A stretch of 47,670 bases of DNA from an uncultured Sulfurospirillum sp. (GCA_964642805.1 CAZXOZ010000001.1:1-47670), one strand, 5' to 3'; positions 19,683 through 30,189 are shown, numbered from the stretch's first letter. The notes: generated from the sequence alone by a model not told the origin. Numbers and translations are program-made.

Positions 19683-20478
19683 ACTGCTCTTTTGAGTCTG
19701 TTTTGGTTTGAAGATAATCAGAGATATTTATCAAAGAGTATGTAACTATGAAAATCATAAGTCCAGGAAAAAAACTAAGCCACCAAGCTATATCTATAAC
19801 CTCTTTACCCTCGCTTAAAATTGTCCCCCAACTTATCTGTGGTGGATTTATGCCGATACCTAAAAAACTTAGTCCACTCTCAGCTAGAATCGCACCACTT
19901 ATGCCAAAAGTAAAACTGATAAAAAATATGGGTGCTAATATAGGGGTAAAATACTTTAAGATAATTTTCAATCTATTGACTTTTCCTATTGTGAGAATTT
20001 TAATAAAAGAGGCATTTGAGATTGCAAAACTCTCACTTCTTATCATCCTAGCCATGCCCATCCAGCCCGTAATGGAGATAACCACTATGATAACCCATAC
20101 CGAAGCATTGACATAACTTACAAGTGCTAAAAGTAGGAAAAAGGTAGGAAATGTAAGAAATAGATCAATCAAAACTATAATAGCTCTATCTGTATTGCCT
20201 TTAAAAAAACCGGCACTAACCCCTATGATGAGTCCGACTAAGCTTGTTATTGTTGCACTAACGAAACCAATAGTTAGAGATATTTTACCACCCTCCAAAA
20301 CTCTAGCTAGTACATCTCTACCAAGTCTATCAGTTCCAAATGGATTCTCCCAAGAGGGTGGTAGAAGTATCGCTTGTGAATTTAGCTCGTACGCTAATCC
20401 TGAGTAGAAATAGAGTCCAAAAAAAGAGAAAAACAGAACACTTATAATAGCGATAGTGCTAAAAAGCGGAAACTTCAC
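19675..20478 (-). CDS. Peptide/nickel ABC transporter permease (DppC-like), without partner subunits in the window
   Basis: PFGTDRLGRD, ESGLSFLGIG..PP..SWG. Confidence 0.9.
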   Translation of the reverse strand: MKFPLFSTIAIISVLFFSFFGLYFYSGLAYELNSQAILLPPSWENPFGTDRLGRDVLARVLEGGKISLTIGFVSATITSLVGLIIGVSAGFFKGNTDRAIIVLIDLFLTFPTFFLLLALVSYVNASVWVIIVVISITGWMGMARMIRSESFAISNASFIKILTIGKVNRLKIILKYFTPILAPIFFISFTFGISGAILAESGLSFLGIGINPPQISWGTILSEGKEVIDIAWWLSFFPGLMIFIVTYSLINISDYLQTKTDSKEQYA

Positions 20479-22340
20479 TAGCGCTTTATTCCTAAAAGAG
20501 TATCTAACATCTGATCAATAGTTGTTATTACTTTTGCATTTGCCCCATAAGCGGCCTGAAACCTTATCAAGTCCGCTAGTTCTTCATCAACATTTACTCC
20601 GCTTATAGATTGAAACTCACTATTGATTGTATTAAAAAGAGCTGTACTTGTATCAAAATTTCTATTTGCACTCTCTCCATCAGTTGAGATTTGTGTTGTA
20701 ACAAATCTATAAAAGCCCTCAATGCTCTCTTGCATAACTAAATTTCCTGACCTATGAAAATCAAATCTCTCATACTGCATTTGAATCATGCTATTTGCTA
20801 CACTGTTGTCTCCTGCAATTGGTGCACCGTATGCATTGACTTTAGCAGGATCCTCTTTATACTTCATTGCAACATCCATGTTTACCGCACTATCGCCTTG
20901 CAAGAATGGACTCAATCCAATAGCACCTGCAAAGTTTGTTCCGCTATCCTCTATCGCTATTTTGTACCCCAAAAGAGAGTTATCTGCATCAAATGTAAGC
21001 TCTCCTGTTCTTGTAGTCGTATCATAGCTATAGTAAGCGGTAAAAAAATCATCAATATCATTGATCGAATTGTTGTCTGCATTGTCATCTGTGCTTAGGT
21101 TGAACTGATCAATTATACTCATACCTATCGTGCTATCATTCATCGTTGTATGCGAGTTTATCTCCAAAGTTTTTCTGCCTACCTCATTGCCTTGCATATC
21201 ATACATAACAACATCAAAAGTACCTCTTTTTAGTGAGTCACTATAGTGTATTAGATTTGTATTATCTTTTAAATCTACATTTGAAAAAGAGCTCATTCTC
21301 TCTTGTGCACTTCTTGCATAGAGATTGTTTGTCTGCTCAATAAATGTTCGCGCAAATGTATCTAAATCATCAATATAGCCCTGCAAAGTACCATCAGATG
21401 GAAATCCACCTTTTTGTGATGAGTCAATCTCTCTGCCTCTTAAATCCAGCATGGCTCCAACTTTTCCACCCATCAACTTATCGGTTATCTCTACAGTTGA
21501 GTCATCTTGAGATAGTGAATAGATTGAGTAGTAGCTACTAGCATTATCTGTATTGTTAATCTCAAGAGGGTGAAAAGTAAAGCCATCTACAAAAGAGTGT
21601 CCCGCTATATTCATGTGATAACTACTACCCTGATCTGTAAGATTTGGATCTATATGATTCTCGCTTGTCATATTACCCTTAAAAACTGATATGCTTACAA
21701 GCTCAAAGAGCGTTAGTTCTAAACTGTCTCTTTGGTCTCTAAGGTCATTTGCACGATTTGGCTCTATAACTTCAACCCTATTTATAGCAATATTAAGTTC
21801 AGCAATTTGCTCACCTATGCGATTCATCTCATCAACACTAACCTTTAGCTGTTCATTTATCGAATCTTGAAGGGCTCTTATGTGGTCTCTTGAGTTTTTT
21901 AAATTGTTTGATAAAGTTATAGAGCTCTGCACTAACGCTATCTTCTGTGCTGCATCATCAGAGTTTGATGCTAAATCGTTCCAAGATGCAAAATAGTTCT
22001 CTATATCAACCCCTAGCCCTACACCCTCTAAATCTGGGAAATATTTTGCTATCTCTTCGAGTGATTTTCTACTAAAAGTATCGTACGAGAGAGAGTTTGA
22101 ACTATCTTTGAGACGAGAATATATAAACTCATCATGAATCCTAACGATAGTTGTAACACTTACACCTGTGCCAACATCCCCTGGAACAGTATGAAGAGGC
22201 ATGCTTGCTTGCGTAACTACTCTCTGTCTTGTATAGTGATTATTGTTTGCATTGGCTATATTGTGTCCTGATGTGCCGATGGCAATCTGTGAAGCCTTAA
22301 GTCCAGATACGCCTGTTCCTAGTGTACTAAAAAGACTCAT
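20478..22340 (-). CDS. flgK: Flagellar hook-associated protein FlgK
   Basis: GHNIANA..YTRQR, ANDLRDQRD, SGVNVDEE..LIRFQ.AY.ANAK. Confidence 0.96.
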   Translation of the reverse strand: MSLFSTLGTGVSGLKASQIAIGTSGHNIANANNNHYTRQRVVTQASMPLHTVPGDVGTGVSVTTIVRIHDEFIYSRLKDSSNSLSYDTFSRKSLEEIAKYFPDLEGVGLGVDIENYFASWNDLASNSDDAAQKIALVQSSITLSNNLKNSRDHIRALQDSINEQLKVSVDEMNRIGEQIAELNIAINRVEVIEPNRANDLRDQRDSLELTLFELVSISVFKGNMTSENHIDPNLTDQGSSYHMNIAGHSFVDGFTFHPLEINNTDNASSYYSIYSLSQDDSTVEITDKLMGGKVGAMLDLRGREIDSSQKGGFPSDGTLQGYIDDLDTFARTFIEQTNNLYARSAQERMSSFSNVDLKDNTNLIHYSDSLKRGTFDVVMYDMQGNEVGRKTLEINSHTTMNDSTIGMSIIDQFNLSTDDNADNNSINDIDDFFTAYYSYDTTTRTGELTFDADNSLLGYKIAIEDSGTNFAGAIGLSPFLQGDSAVNMDVAMKYKEDPAKVNAYGAPIAGDNSVANSMIQMQYERFDFHRSGNLVMQESIEGFYRFVTTQISTDGESANRNFDTSTALFNTINSEFQSISGVNVDEELADLIRFQAAYGANAKVITTIDQMLDTLLGIKR

Positions 22341-22342
22341 AT

Positions 22343-22771
22343 CTAAGCTCTTACTCTAAGAAGTGATGCTGGCTTATGATTAGTTTTTTTATAGCCCTCC
22401 ATGTCTCTAGGAAAAACACTATCTAAAAGAGAGCTATAAAACTCACTCACCGTTACAACAAATCTAGCGTACTCTTTATTTTTTTGCTTAAGTGCAAAAA
22501 GTCTATCTTTCATAGTCTCTAACATCTTGTGCTGTGAGTCATCTAACACCTCTTCAAGAGGTCTATTGTCACTCTGTTTTACTAGTTTTATAAGTTCATT
22601 GTCAAGCATTGTTTTTCTATTTTCAAAGGACTTAACTAGATCACTCTTTATTTTTGACCTTTTAAAAATATGATCGTGTTTTGCCTCTTTTATGTCTAAA
22701 ATATCTCTACTTGTTAAGTCTATTAGGTTCTCAATATCTTCAATCGAAGCTTTAAGGTAGTGTGATAGCAT
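22343..22771 (-). CDS. flgN: Flagellar export chaperone FlgN-like
   Basis: Helical protein between flgM and flgK. Confidence 0.8.
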   Translation of the reverse strand: MLSHYLKASIEDIENLIDLTSRDILDIKEAKHDHIFKRSKIKSDLVKSFENRKTMLDNELIKLVKQSDNRPLEEVLDDSQHKMLETMKDRLFALKQKNKEYARFVVTVSEFYSSLLDSVFPRDMEGYKKTNHKPASLLRVRA

Positions 22772-22789
22772 ATCTGTCCTTTTTTAGGA

Positions 22790-22984
22790 CTAAATCAAAT
22801 CTCTGGCTATTGCCTGTGCAGTTTTAGTGGTGTCTATATTGTAGTCACCCTTTTGAATCTGCTCTTTTAAATATTCGACTTTGTCCATCTTTTTTGTTTT
22901 GCTAACAGCTTGTGACTCATTTTTGTTTTGAGAGTCTATCTGTTGCAAGTAGGCTGCTGCATTAGCCTGTACTTTTGAAATCAT
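22790..22984 (-). CDS. flgM: Anti-sigma28 factor FlgM
   Basis: KVEYLKEQIQKGDYNID..TAQAI; ATG at 22984. Confidence 0.9.
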   Translation of the reverse strand: MISKVQANAAAYLQQIDSQNKNESQAVSKTKKMDKVEYLKEQIQKGDYNIDTTKTAQAIARDLI

Positions 22985-23012
22985 CTCCAACCTTTACATA
23001 GTTTATACTTCA

Positions 23013-23039
23013 ATATCGGTTAAAAACTAAAAACCTTAA
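23013..23039 (-). promoter_or_regulatory. Sigma28 promoter of flgM-flgN-flgK
   Basis: Minus strand TTAA-N15-ACCGATAT in the flgJ/flgM gap. Confidence 0.7.
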
Positions 23040-23326
23040 CGCCCCTCTTTTAGAAAATCGAACAGAAGTTCACTAAAACCAAACTTGCCAGTTAAAGAGT
23101 TACTCATAGCATCATTATACATTGAGTTATATATCTTACCTCCTGCATCTTTTTCAAAAAGCTGATTCTCATTTTTTAGTGAAATATCTAAAACTTTTTT
23201 GATAAAAAATGCCTCGAACTTATCTGTCTGCTCTTTTAGCATAGCATCGGTGCTATTTTCTACTTTTATATTTTTTGGGCTACTCGCTGTGTGCATAAGT
23301 GCCACTGCATTATCTATGGGCTTCAT
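23036..23326 (-). CDS. flgJ: Rod-binding protein FlgJ (single domain)
   Basis: LKEQTDKFEAFF..., IYNSMY, FGFSELLF; follows flgI. Confidence 0.85.
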   Translation of the reverse strand: MKPIDNAVALMHTASSPKNIKVENSTDAMLKEQTDKFEAFFIKKVLDISLKNENQLFEKDAGGKIYNSMYNDAMSNSLTGKFGFSELLFDFLKEGR

Positions 23327-24375
23327 TAAATTACCTCCAGCTTAGCTCTAATTGCACCTGCTCTTTTGATGCTCTGTATGATTGAGATTACATCTTTTGG
23401 TTTTGCTCCTAGTTTGTGCAGTGCTCTTGTTAGATTTGCGACAGTTACTTTATCATCTTGCACATTTAAAAGATTCTCATTTATACTAATATGTACGCCA
23501 TCTTTTAAGTCAACTCCATCTTGTGGTAGATTTTTATGAGGTAGAATTTTTATAGTAATATCCCCATGAGTAACGATAACTGGGTCAACTCTTATGCCTA
23601 CACCAGACACAATTGTCCCTGTTCTCTCATCTATGACAATCTTCTGCTCTTTTTGATAGTGAACCTCGACCTCTAAAGTGCCTGCTAAAAACTCAACCAT
23701 CGATAGACTTGATGGTTTTGTCAATCTTATGGTTCTAGGATCAATTGCTACTGCTATTTCATCTTGAAAAAATTCGTTGAGCCTATCTTGCACTGAAACT
23801 GCTGTTTTAAAATTTGAAGTCTTTAGACTTAGACTCGCAAAGTTTTGATTGTATATATCATAAGCGACCTCTTTTTCAACAATTCCACCATCAAAAACTT
23901 TTCCAGCTGTTGCATGATTTTTAGCTCCACCACCTTTAGTGTTTCTTCCGCCAATCGTAACTGAACCTTGAGAGAGTGCATATATATTTCCGTCAACTCC
24001 TTTTAACGCTGTCATCAAAAGAGTACCGCCTTCAAGTGATTTTGCATCTCCTATTGAAGCGATAGAGACATTGAGCTTATCACCCTGTCTAGCAAACGAA
24101 GGGAGCATGGCTGTCACCACAACTGCTGCAACATTTTTTGATTTAATATCATTGGGGCTGATTTTTACACCGACGGTTTGAAGAAGATTTGACATAGATT
24201 GAACAGTAAACCTTGAAGAGGAGCCATCACCAGTACCATCAAGACCAACAACCAAACCATAGCCTATAACTTGATTCGCTCTAACTCCAATGATATTAGC
24301 AATCTCCCTAATTTTTTCTGCATGTAAAGAGGTGATACCAAACAATACTAAGAAAAAAACACCTACTATCTTCAT
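23326..24375 (-). CDS. flgI: Flagellar P-ring protein FlgI
   Basis: GYGLVVGLDGTGD, KNVAAV, SLEGGTLLMT, IDERTGT; ATG 24375 after AAGGAAG. Confidence 0.97.
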   Translation of the reverse strand: MKIVGVFFLVLFGITSLHAEKIREIANIIGVRANQVIGYGLVVGLDGTGDGSSSRFTVQSMSNLLQTVGVKISPNDIKSKNVAAVVVTAMLPSFARQGDKLNVSIASIGDAKSLEGGTLLMTALKGVDGNIYALSQGSVTIGGRNTKGGGAKNHATAGKVFDGGIVEKEVAYDIYNQNFASLSLKTSNFKTAVSVQDRLNEFFQDEIAVAIDPRTIRLTKPSSLSMVEFLAGTLEVEVHYQKEQKIVIDERTGTIVSGVGIRVDPVIVTHGDITIKILPHKNLPQDGVDLKDGVHISINENLLNVQDDKVTVANLTRALHKLGAKPKDVISIIQSIKRAGAIRAKLEVI

Positions 24376-24410
24376 ACTCTTCCTTATTAAGATTAAGTTC
24401 TTAAAGTTCA

Positions 24411-24426
24411 AGCAAATGGTGTTCCA
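24411..24426 (-). promoter_or_regulatory. Sigma54 promoter of flgI operon
   Basis: Minus strand TGGAAC-ACCAT-TTGCT (-24/-12). Confidence 0.85.
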
Positions 24427-24429
24427 TGT

Positions 24430-24993
24430 CTATGCGTAGTAGGTTAGTCTGCTTTTTCCAAATTTTTTAGACTTTTTAGCTCTATATTCACCGATAGCCT
24501 CTGGCATTGCCTGGCTACTTATATGTTCGATTATGACTAGATGTGATAACTCTTTTGGTATTATCTCTATAAGTTTAATTGTGCTTTGATATATATCTTT
24601 CATGCCATCTCTAGTAGAAAAAGGTGGGTCAAAGTAGAAAAATGTTTTTTGTTTTAGTCTCTTTAAAAGCTTTGGAAACTCCTTAAAACTATCTCCATCT
24701 ATACATGTAGTATCATTTTTTGCTATTTTTATGCAGTTTTGTTTTAAAATAGCAAAAGCCTCTTTGTCTTTTTCAAAAAAGTACGCATGACTTGCGCCAC
24801 GACTCAAAGCCTCAAGCCCAATAGAACCGCTTCCGCCAAAAACCTCTACAAAAATCTCATCAACTACATCAAACTGCAATGAGTTAAACAAAGACTCTTT
24901 TATGATAGACTTTGTGCTTCGTGTGTTTTGGAGTGATGGAAGATTGATTGATTGATTCTTATACTTGCCTGCTATAATCCTCTTAGTTATCAT
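24430..24993 (-). CDS. rsmD: 16S rRNA m2G966 methyltransferase RsmD family
   Basis: IIAGKYK, KESLFN, FGGSGSIGLEALSRGA, DPPF. Confidence 0.93.
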   Translation of the reverse strand: MITKRIIAGKYKNQSINLPSLQNTRSTKSIIKESLFNSLQFDVVDEIFVEVFGGSGSIGLEALSRGASHAYFFEKDKEAFAILKQNCIKIAKNDTTCIDGDSFKEFPKLLKRLKQKTFFYFDPPFSTRDGMKDIYQSTIKLIEIIPKELSHLVIIEHISSQAMPEAIGEYRAKKSKKFGKSRLTYYA

Positions 24994-25330
24994 AGTGCTC
25001 TTTAATAACTTTTACCAAATCATCTCTGAAACTATCTACCAGTTTTGCAATTCTCTCATCTAGCTCACATGAATCAACTTTTTTAAGATTAGTTTTTGGT
25101 TTTTGCAATAAGTCATAAAACTTTTCAATCTTTATCATCAAAGCACTCTTAGAAAAAGGTAGAATCAGATCAGAATTTTTTGTAGCAATATAAAAAAGGG
25201 GTCTGTCTATCTCAATATCTCTATCACTTATGACAAAATCGCACTGCTTGCGTGGTACGATATAACCCTTTAAAAATATCTCTAAGGATTTTTCTAACAA
25301 AATAGACTGACATGCTAAGGCAATTTTCAC
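24983..25330 (-). CDS. Hypothetical protein
   Basis: GTG start with GGAG RBS; overlaps rsmD start. Confidence 0.75.
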   Translation of the reverse strand: MKIALACQSILLEKSLEIFLKGYIVPRKQCDFVISDRDIEIDRPLFYIATKNSDLILPFSKSALMIKIEKFYDLLQKPKTNLKKVDSCELDERIAKLVDSFRDDLVKVIKEHYDN

Positions 25331-25384
25331 TAGCTAACTCCAAGTTGATTTAATAGACTTTTTGTATGTTACCATATAAAAGTA

Positions 25385-25411
25385 TAAATAAAAATTATTT
25401 ATTGTCGATGT
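25385..25411 (+). promoter_or_regulatory. Sigma28 promoter of flaG-fliD-fliS
   Basis: TAAA-N15-GTCGATGT. Confidence 0.75.
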
Positions 25412-25446
25412 ATGAGATATGAAAATCACTTATCAAGGAGAGTGCA

Positions 25447-25809
25447 ATGGATATTTTTAGTTCAACCAGCAAGCAAGTAGAGTCTGCTGTAACTACGCAA
25501 AAAGTACAAACTCCCATGCGAACTAGAGAGATAGAGACATCTAGTCAGGTGTCAAAAAACACAAATGAGCAGAACAAACAAGACATAGTGCAAAAGCTAA
25601 ATGCAACCGTAGAGAAGCTAAATGACAACATGAAAGCACTAGATACAAATGTTAAATTTGGTTTTAACGATGAGATAAACATCATGTTTGTCAATGTTAT
25701 GGAAAGAAGCACTGGCAAGACGATCAGAAAAATTCCAACCGAAGAGGCGATGTTGCTCTCTGAAAAGATGCAAGAGATAATCGGAACAATCTTTGATAAA
25801 AAAGGATAG
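25447..25809 (+). CDS. flaG: FlaG family flagellar protein
   Basis: TGKTIRKIPTEE...GTIFDKKG; precedes fliD. Confidence 0.92.
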   Translation: MDIFSSTSKQVESAVTTQKVQTPMRTREIETSSQVSKNTNEQNKQDIVQKLNATVEKLNDNMKALDTNVKFGFNDEINIMFVNVMERSTGKTIRKIPTEEAMLLSEKMQEIIGTIFDKKG

Positions 25810-25812
25810 AAA

Positions 25813-27468
25813 ATGGCTGGCTCACTAAGCAATATAGGTCTTGGTAGCAATGGGGCTCTTAGCTTCGATATTATTGAAAAACTTAGAGTAGTAGATGAAA
25901 GAAACCAAGTCGCCCCTATTGATAGAAGACTTGACACGACTAGCACAAAACTGACAGACCTGTCCATACTCACAACCATGGTTGCCTCATTTAAGAGTGC
26001 TACGAGTGTTCTATCAGACGAGATGAGCTACCTAAAAAGATCTAGCTCAGTTGGTGGTGACTCTGTTGGCGTAAGTGTAAAATCTGGTACTTTTTTACAG
26101 GACTTCTCTATAGATGTTGGTCAGTTAGCTGGACGAGACATCATTGAGTCAGTAGCATTTTCAAGCCAAAATGCAACATTTGCAACAGCTGCAGATACAA
26201 TTGGCATAAATATAGATGGCAATGATTACAATATAGATGTAAACTCTAACACAACGCTTACTCAACTAAAAGATCAAATTTTTGATAAAACTGATGGAAA
26301 AGTTACAGCTTCGATACTAAATGTTGGTGGGGCTGATCCATATAAACTGATTTTAAAATCAACAGATACTGGAGTAAGTCAAGATATAACAGTTAGCTCC
26401 GTAGGTGGCACTGTTGCTGATTTGGGACTAAATGACCTAAATAGTGCTCAAGATGCTTCATTTACATATAATGGAATATCAATAGCAAGAGCATCCAATA
26501 GTTTTGATGATTTAATAGTAGGAGTATCTATCACACTAAAAGAGACAGGAGTAAGTCAAGTATCAATCACACAAGACAGAGCAAATATAACAAAAAACTT
26601 AGAGAATTTTGTATCAAAATACAATGAGTTAATGAGCAATTTAAATGAAGCAACAAAGTTTGATAGTGACCTAAAGGTGTCGGGAATATTTCAAGGCACA
26701 AGTGAGATTACAGGCATGAAGTCGATGATAAACAGGCAACTACTGTCAGTTGATGAAAGCGGAAGAAATTTAGCGGACTATGGAGTTACGCTCAACAGTG
26801 GTGGTATGCTTGAATTAGACAAATCGATTATAAACAGCAAATTATCATCTGACTCAAAAGATGTTGAGAGTTTTTTTAGAGGAGTTACGACAGTTGATAC
26901 AACCATGAGAGCTGGCTCAAGCGTAGATGCTGGTACTATTGATATAACTGCTGGGGATTTGCGTATAAATGGAATCGATATAATCGTAAGCTTAACAGGA
27001 ACAGCATCACAAAATGCTATAGACCTAAGAGATGCTATTAACAGTGCAAACATTTCGGGCATAGAGGTCATGCTTGATAGTGTAAGTAATCGCATTATAC
27101 TTAACAGTGATGGTGGTGGTGATATAGGGATAACTGGAGATAGTGCAAAACTCTCTTCTATTGGCTTCATCGAAGGAGTCACAAAGGGCTCGAGTCAAAC
27201 AACCATAGGCTTCTTTTCGACATTTAATGACAAGTTAGGCAATTTAATCTCAAGCAAAAATTCTATACTTAATCTTTTTGAGCAAAGCCTAGAGAGTAGG
27301 CAGAAATCTCTTCAAGTTGAGAGAGAGACTACAGTTCAAAGACTTGATGCGAGATATAACATAATGGCTACAAAGTTTATGGCATATGACAGTATTATAG
27401 GCAGACTAAATAACCAGTTTCAGTCGTTATCAATGATGATAGAAGCATCATTTGCAGATAAAAATTAA
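25813..27468 (+). CDS. fliD: Flagellar filament cap protein FliD
   Basis: AQDA.FTYNG...R.SN, FVSKYNEL, KFMAYDSIIGRLN. Confidence 0.95.
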   Translation: MAGSLSNIGLGSNGALSFDIIEKLRVVDERNQVAPIDRRLDTTSTKLTDLSILTTMVASFKSATSVLSDEMSYLKRSSSVGGDSVGVSVKSGTFLQDFSIDVGQLAGRDIIESVAFSSQNATFATAADTIGINIDGNDYNIDVNSNTTLTQLKDQIFDKTDGKVTASILNVGGADPYKLILKSTDTGVSQDITVSSVGGTVADLGLNDLNSAQDASFTYNGISIARASNSFDDLIVGVSITLKETGVSQVSITQDRANITKNLENFVSKYNELMSNLNEATKFDSDLKVSGIFQGTSEITGMKSMINRQLLSVDESGRNLADYGVTLNSGGMLELDKSIINSKLSSDSKDVESFFRGVTTVDTTMRAGSSVDAGTIDITAGDLRINGIDIIVSLTGTASQNAIDLRDAINSANISGIEVMLDSVSNRIILNSDGGGDIGITGDSAKLSSIGFIEGVTKGSSQTTIGFFSTFNDKLGNLISSKNSILNLFEQSLESRQKSLQVERETTVQRLDARYNIMATKFMAYDSIIGRLNNQFQSLSMMIEASFADKN

Positions 27469-27480
27469 GGAAAAAAAGTA

Positions 27481-27861
27481 ATGAGAACAAATTTAGCATA
27501 TTCAGCATATTCACAAAACAATGTATCTGTGGAGTCTTCAGAAAAACTCATTAAAATGCTTTATGAGGGAGTATTGAAGTTTGCTTCACAAGCTAAAAGA
27601 TCTATAGAGCTCGAAGACGCAGAGAAAAAAGTCTACTGGATAAATAGAACTACTGCTATCTTTTCAGAACTCCTTAACTCCCTAAACTATGATGGTGGTG
27701 AAATTGCTCACTATCTAAGTGGTCTTTACACTCATCAAATCAAGCTTTTATCCGAATCAAATATAGATAATGATATAGATAAACTAGATGAGGTTATAGG
27801 TGTTACAAAGACACTCCTTGAAGTATGGAACGAAGAGGTTGTATATGACATGGCTAATTAA
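27481..27861 (+). CDS. fliS: Flagellin chaperone FliS
   Basis: KLIKMLYEG, IAHYLSGLY, LLEVW. Confidence 0.95.
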   Translation: MRTNLAYSAYSQNNVSVESSEKLIKMLYEGVLKFASQAKRSIELEDAEKKVYWINRTTAIFSELLNSLNYDGGEIAHYLSGLYTHQIKLLSESNIDNDIDKLDEVIGVTKTLLEVWNEEVVYDMAN

Positions 27862-28066
27862 GCTTAAGGTAGCTATAATTGAGGAAGATGTAGCGAAAAT
27901 CGGAATTCTTATAGGCGAGGTTCCTGCCTATGATACGATAGAGAGTGCACAAGAGGCTCTTGCTCTCACAGGCGAAGCGATAAAACTTATAGATAGCAAA
28001 AAAAATGAGGCATTTACAGCGATGAACAAAATAAAACAAACAAAAATATATCTGGATAGTACTTGA
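27845..28066 (+). CDS. Small helical protein, FliT-like by position
   Basis: ATG 27845 after GAAGAGG; MTWLIKLKVAIIEED; follows fliS. Confidence 0.7.
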   Translation: MTWLIKLKVAIIEEDVAKIGILIGEVPAYDTIESAQEALALTGEAIKLIDSKKNEAFTAMNKIKQTKIYLDST

Positions 28067-29082
28067 AGTATAGATATATTGGAAAAAGTGGCTTAAGAGT
28101 TAGTCCTATTTGTCTTGGCACTATGACATTTGGTAGCGTTTGCAACAAAAAAGAGTCTTTTGAAATTATGGACAAAGCTTATGATATGGGAATCAATTTT
28201 TTTGATACGGCTGAACTATATCCAGTCCCACCTTCAAAAAAATATGCAGGACTAACAGAGAAGATTGTTGGTGAGTGGCTAAAAAGTAAACCTAGAGACT
28301 CTGTTATAGTAGCATCCAAAGTTGCAGGAGCGGCAAATGGTTGGTTTGTACCACCTATCAGACACGGACTAACTGCAATAGATAGGCTTCACATAACTAA
28401 AGCCCTTGAAGACACTCTTAAGAGACTAAAAACTGATTATATAGATCTATATCAAGTGCATTGGCCAGATATGACAGTTCCTATTGAGGAGAGTCTATAT
28501 GTATTTGATGAGCTTATAAAGCAAGGAAAGATAAGATATATCGGTACTTCAAACGATAGTGCTTATGGCTTAACAAAAGCAAATGAACTATCAAAGTTTA
28601 AAAACTTAAGTAGATTTCAATCTATACAAAATAACTTCTCTTTGCTAAATAGAAGATTTTTAGATGAGCTAGCAACAGTTTGTTTAAAAGAAAATATCTC
28701 TCTACTCGCCTACTCGCCTCTAGCTGGAGGTGTATTAACGGGAAAATATAATCAAAAATCATACCCAAAAGATGCAAGATTTACAAGATATCTCAATGAC
28801 AAAAATCCTCTTGTACAAATGCAAGCTAAAAGATTTTTAAATCAAAAAACACTCTCTTCAGTAGAGCAATACATCAAAATTGCCAAAGAGCATAAAGTAA
28901 ACCTAACGACCCTTGTAACTTCTTGGAGCATGAACTTTGACTTTATAGCAGCAACAATCATAGGAGCGAGCAGTGCACAACAGCTTGATGATACTCTAGC
29001 AGGGCTTGACTATGAAATAGATAGTAGTCTTGCTAAAAAACTTGATTTAGTTCATGAAAACATACTCTATCCTATGGGCTAA
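28063..29082 (+). CDS. Aldo/keto reductase (Tas-like)
   Basis: LGTMTFG, FDTAELY, DYIDLYQVHWP, YSPLAGG. Confidence 0.93.
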   Translation: MKYRYIGKSGLRVSPICLGTMTFGSVCNKKESFEIMDKAYDMGINFFDTAELYPVPPSKKYAGLTEKIVGEWLKSKPRDSVIVASKVAGAANGWFVPPIRHGLTAIDRLHITKALEDTLKRLKTDYIDLYQVHWPDMTVPIEESLYVFDELIKQGKIRYIGTSNDSAYGLTKANELSKFKNLSRFQSIQNNFSLLNRRFLDELATVCLKENISLLAYSPLAGGVLTGKYNQKSYPKDARFTRYLNDKNPLVQMQAKRFLNQKTLSSVEQYIKIAKEHKVNLTTLVTSWSMNFDFIAATIIGASSAQQLDDTLAGLDYEIDSSLAKKLDLVHENILYPMG

Positions 29083-29094
29083 TAGAAAAAGAGA

Positions 29095-30189
29095 ATGAAA
29101 CGACTATTTTTCTTGAACCACTCCCCTATCAATGTGCTATTTACAAAAAACTCAACTGATTTTGTAGTCAATGAAATACCTCTATATGAGTTTAGTGGTG
29201 AAGGTGAACATCTAATACTGCATATCAGGAAGAAGGACTTAACAACTTGGCAGATGGTTCAGCATCTCAGTGAGGCTTGTGGTGCTAAAACTCGTGATTT
29301 TGGCTATGCAGGGCTTAAAGATAAAGATGGGATGACTACTCAATATGTCTCTATTCATAAAAGTTACGAAGAGAAACTAAAAAACTTTAATGATGATAGG
29401 ATAAAAATACTCTCGAAAACATATCACAATAATAAAATAAGAGTAGGGCACCTAAAAGGTAATAGATTTTTTATAAGATTAAAAAGAGTCAACAAAGTAG
29501 ATGGCCAAAAACTAACAAACGCTCTTAAAGCTCTTAAAAAAGAGGGTTTTCCTAACTTCTTTGGGTATCAAAGATTTGGACGAAATGCAGACAACTATAT
29601 ACTAGGCAAGGAGATACTTGAGGGTAAAAGAAAAGAGCGAAAAAGAAAAATGAAAATGTTTTTTATAAGTGCATACCAAAGCTATCTTTTTAACAATTGG
29701 CTCTCTTATCGTCTTGAGATTGGTCATATACTAGATGGCTTTGATGATACTGAAGCCTCAAAAGCTCTTGGCTTCTCAAAAGAGCTGGTAAAAAACCTAA
29801 GAAAACAAAAAAAGTTTTTTAAAGTTTTAGAGGGAGATGTAGCTCACCACTATCCAAGCGGAAAGCCATTTATCGTTGAAGACCTAGAAAGGGAGATAGA
29901 GAGATTTGAGCAAGAGGATACAACTATAACAGGGTGGCTTCCTGGACACAGAAGTATGCAAAGCGAGGGTTTTTCAGGAGATATTGACAAGAACATATAC
30001 TCTGAATCTGAACCATTTTTAAAGCAGATGGATGGTACTCGTAGATTTGGATGGGTGTTTTTAAAAGATGTTGAGTACAAATATATTGACAAAGAGAACT
30101 GGTTCGAGATACATTTTAGCCTACCAAAAGGCTCTTATGCCACAGTAGTTTTAGAAGAGCTTACGCACAATCTACATAATATGGTATAA
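29095..30189 (+). CDS. truD: tRNA pseudouridine(13) synthase
   Basis: DFVVNE, YAGLKDK, GNRFFIRL, NFFGYQRFG, LPKGSYAT. Confidence 0.96.
   Translation: MKRLFFLNHSPINVLFTKNSTDFVVNEIPLYEFSGEGEHLILHIRKKDLTTWQMVQHLSEACGAKTRDFGYAGLKDKDGMTTQYVSIHKSYEEKLKNFNDDRIKILSKTYHNNKIRVGHLKGNRFFIRLKRVNKVDGQKLTNALKALKKEGFPNFFGYQRFGRNADNYILGKEILEGKRKERKRKMKMFFISAYQSYLFNNWLSYRLEIGHILDGFDDTEASKALGFSKELVKNLRKQKKFFKVLEGDVAHHYPSGKPFIVEDLEREIERFEQEDTTITGWLPGHRSMQSEGFSGDIDKNIYSESEPFLKQMDGTRRFGWVFLKDVEYKYIDKENWFEIHFSLPKGSYATVVLEELTHNLHNMV

Noticed and set aside
24376-24411. Longer TTG start for flgI
   Set aside because: Overlaps the sigma54 -12 box; ATG 24375 has an RBS and yields a signal peptide
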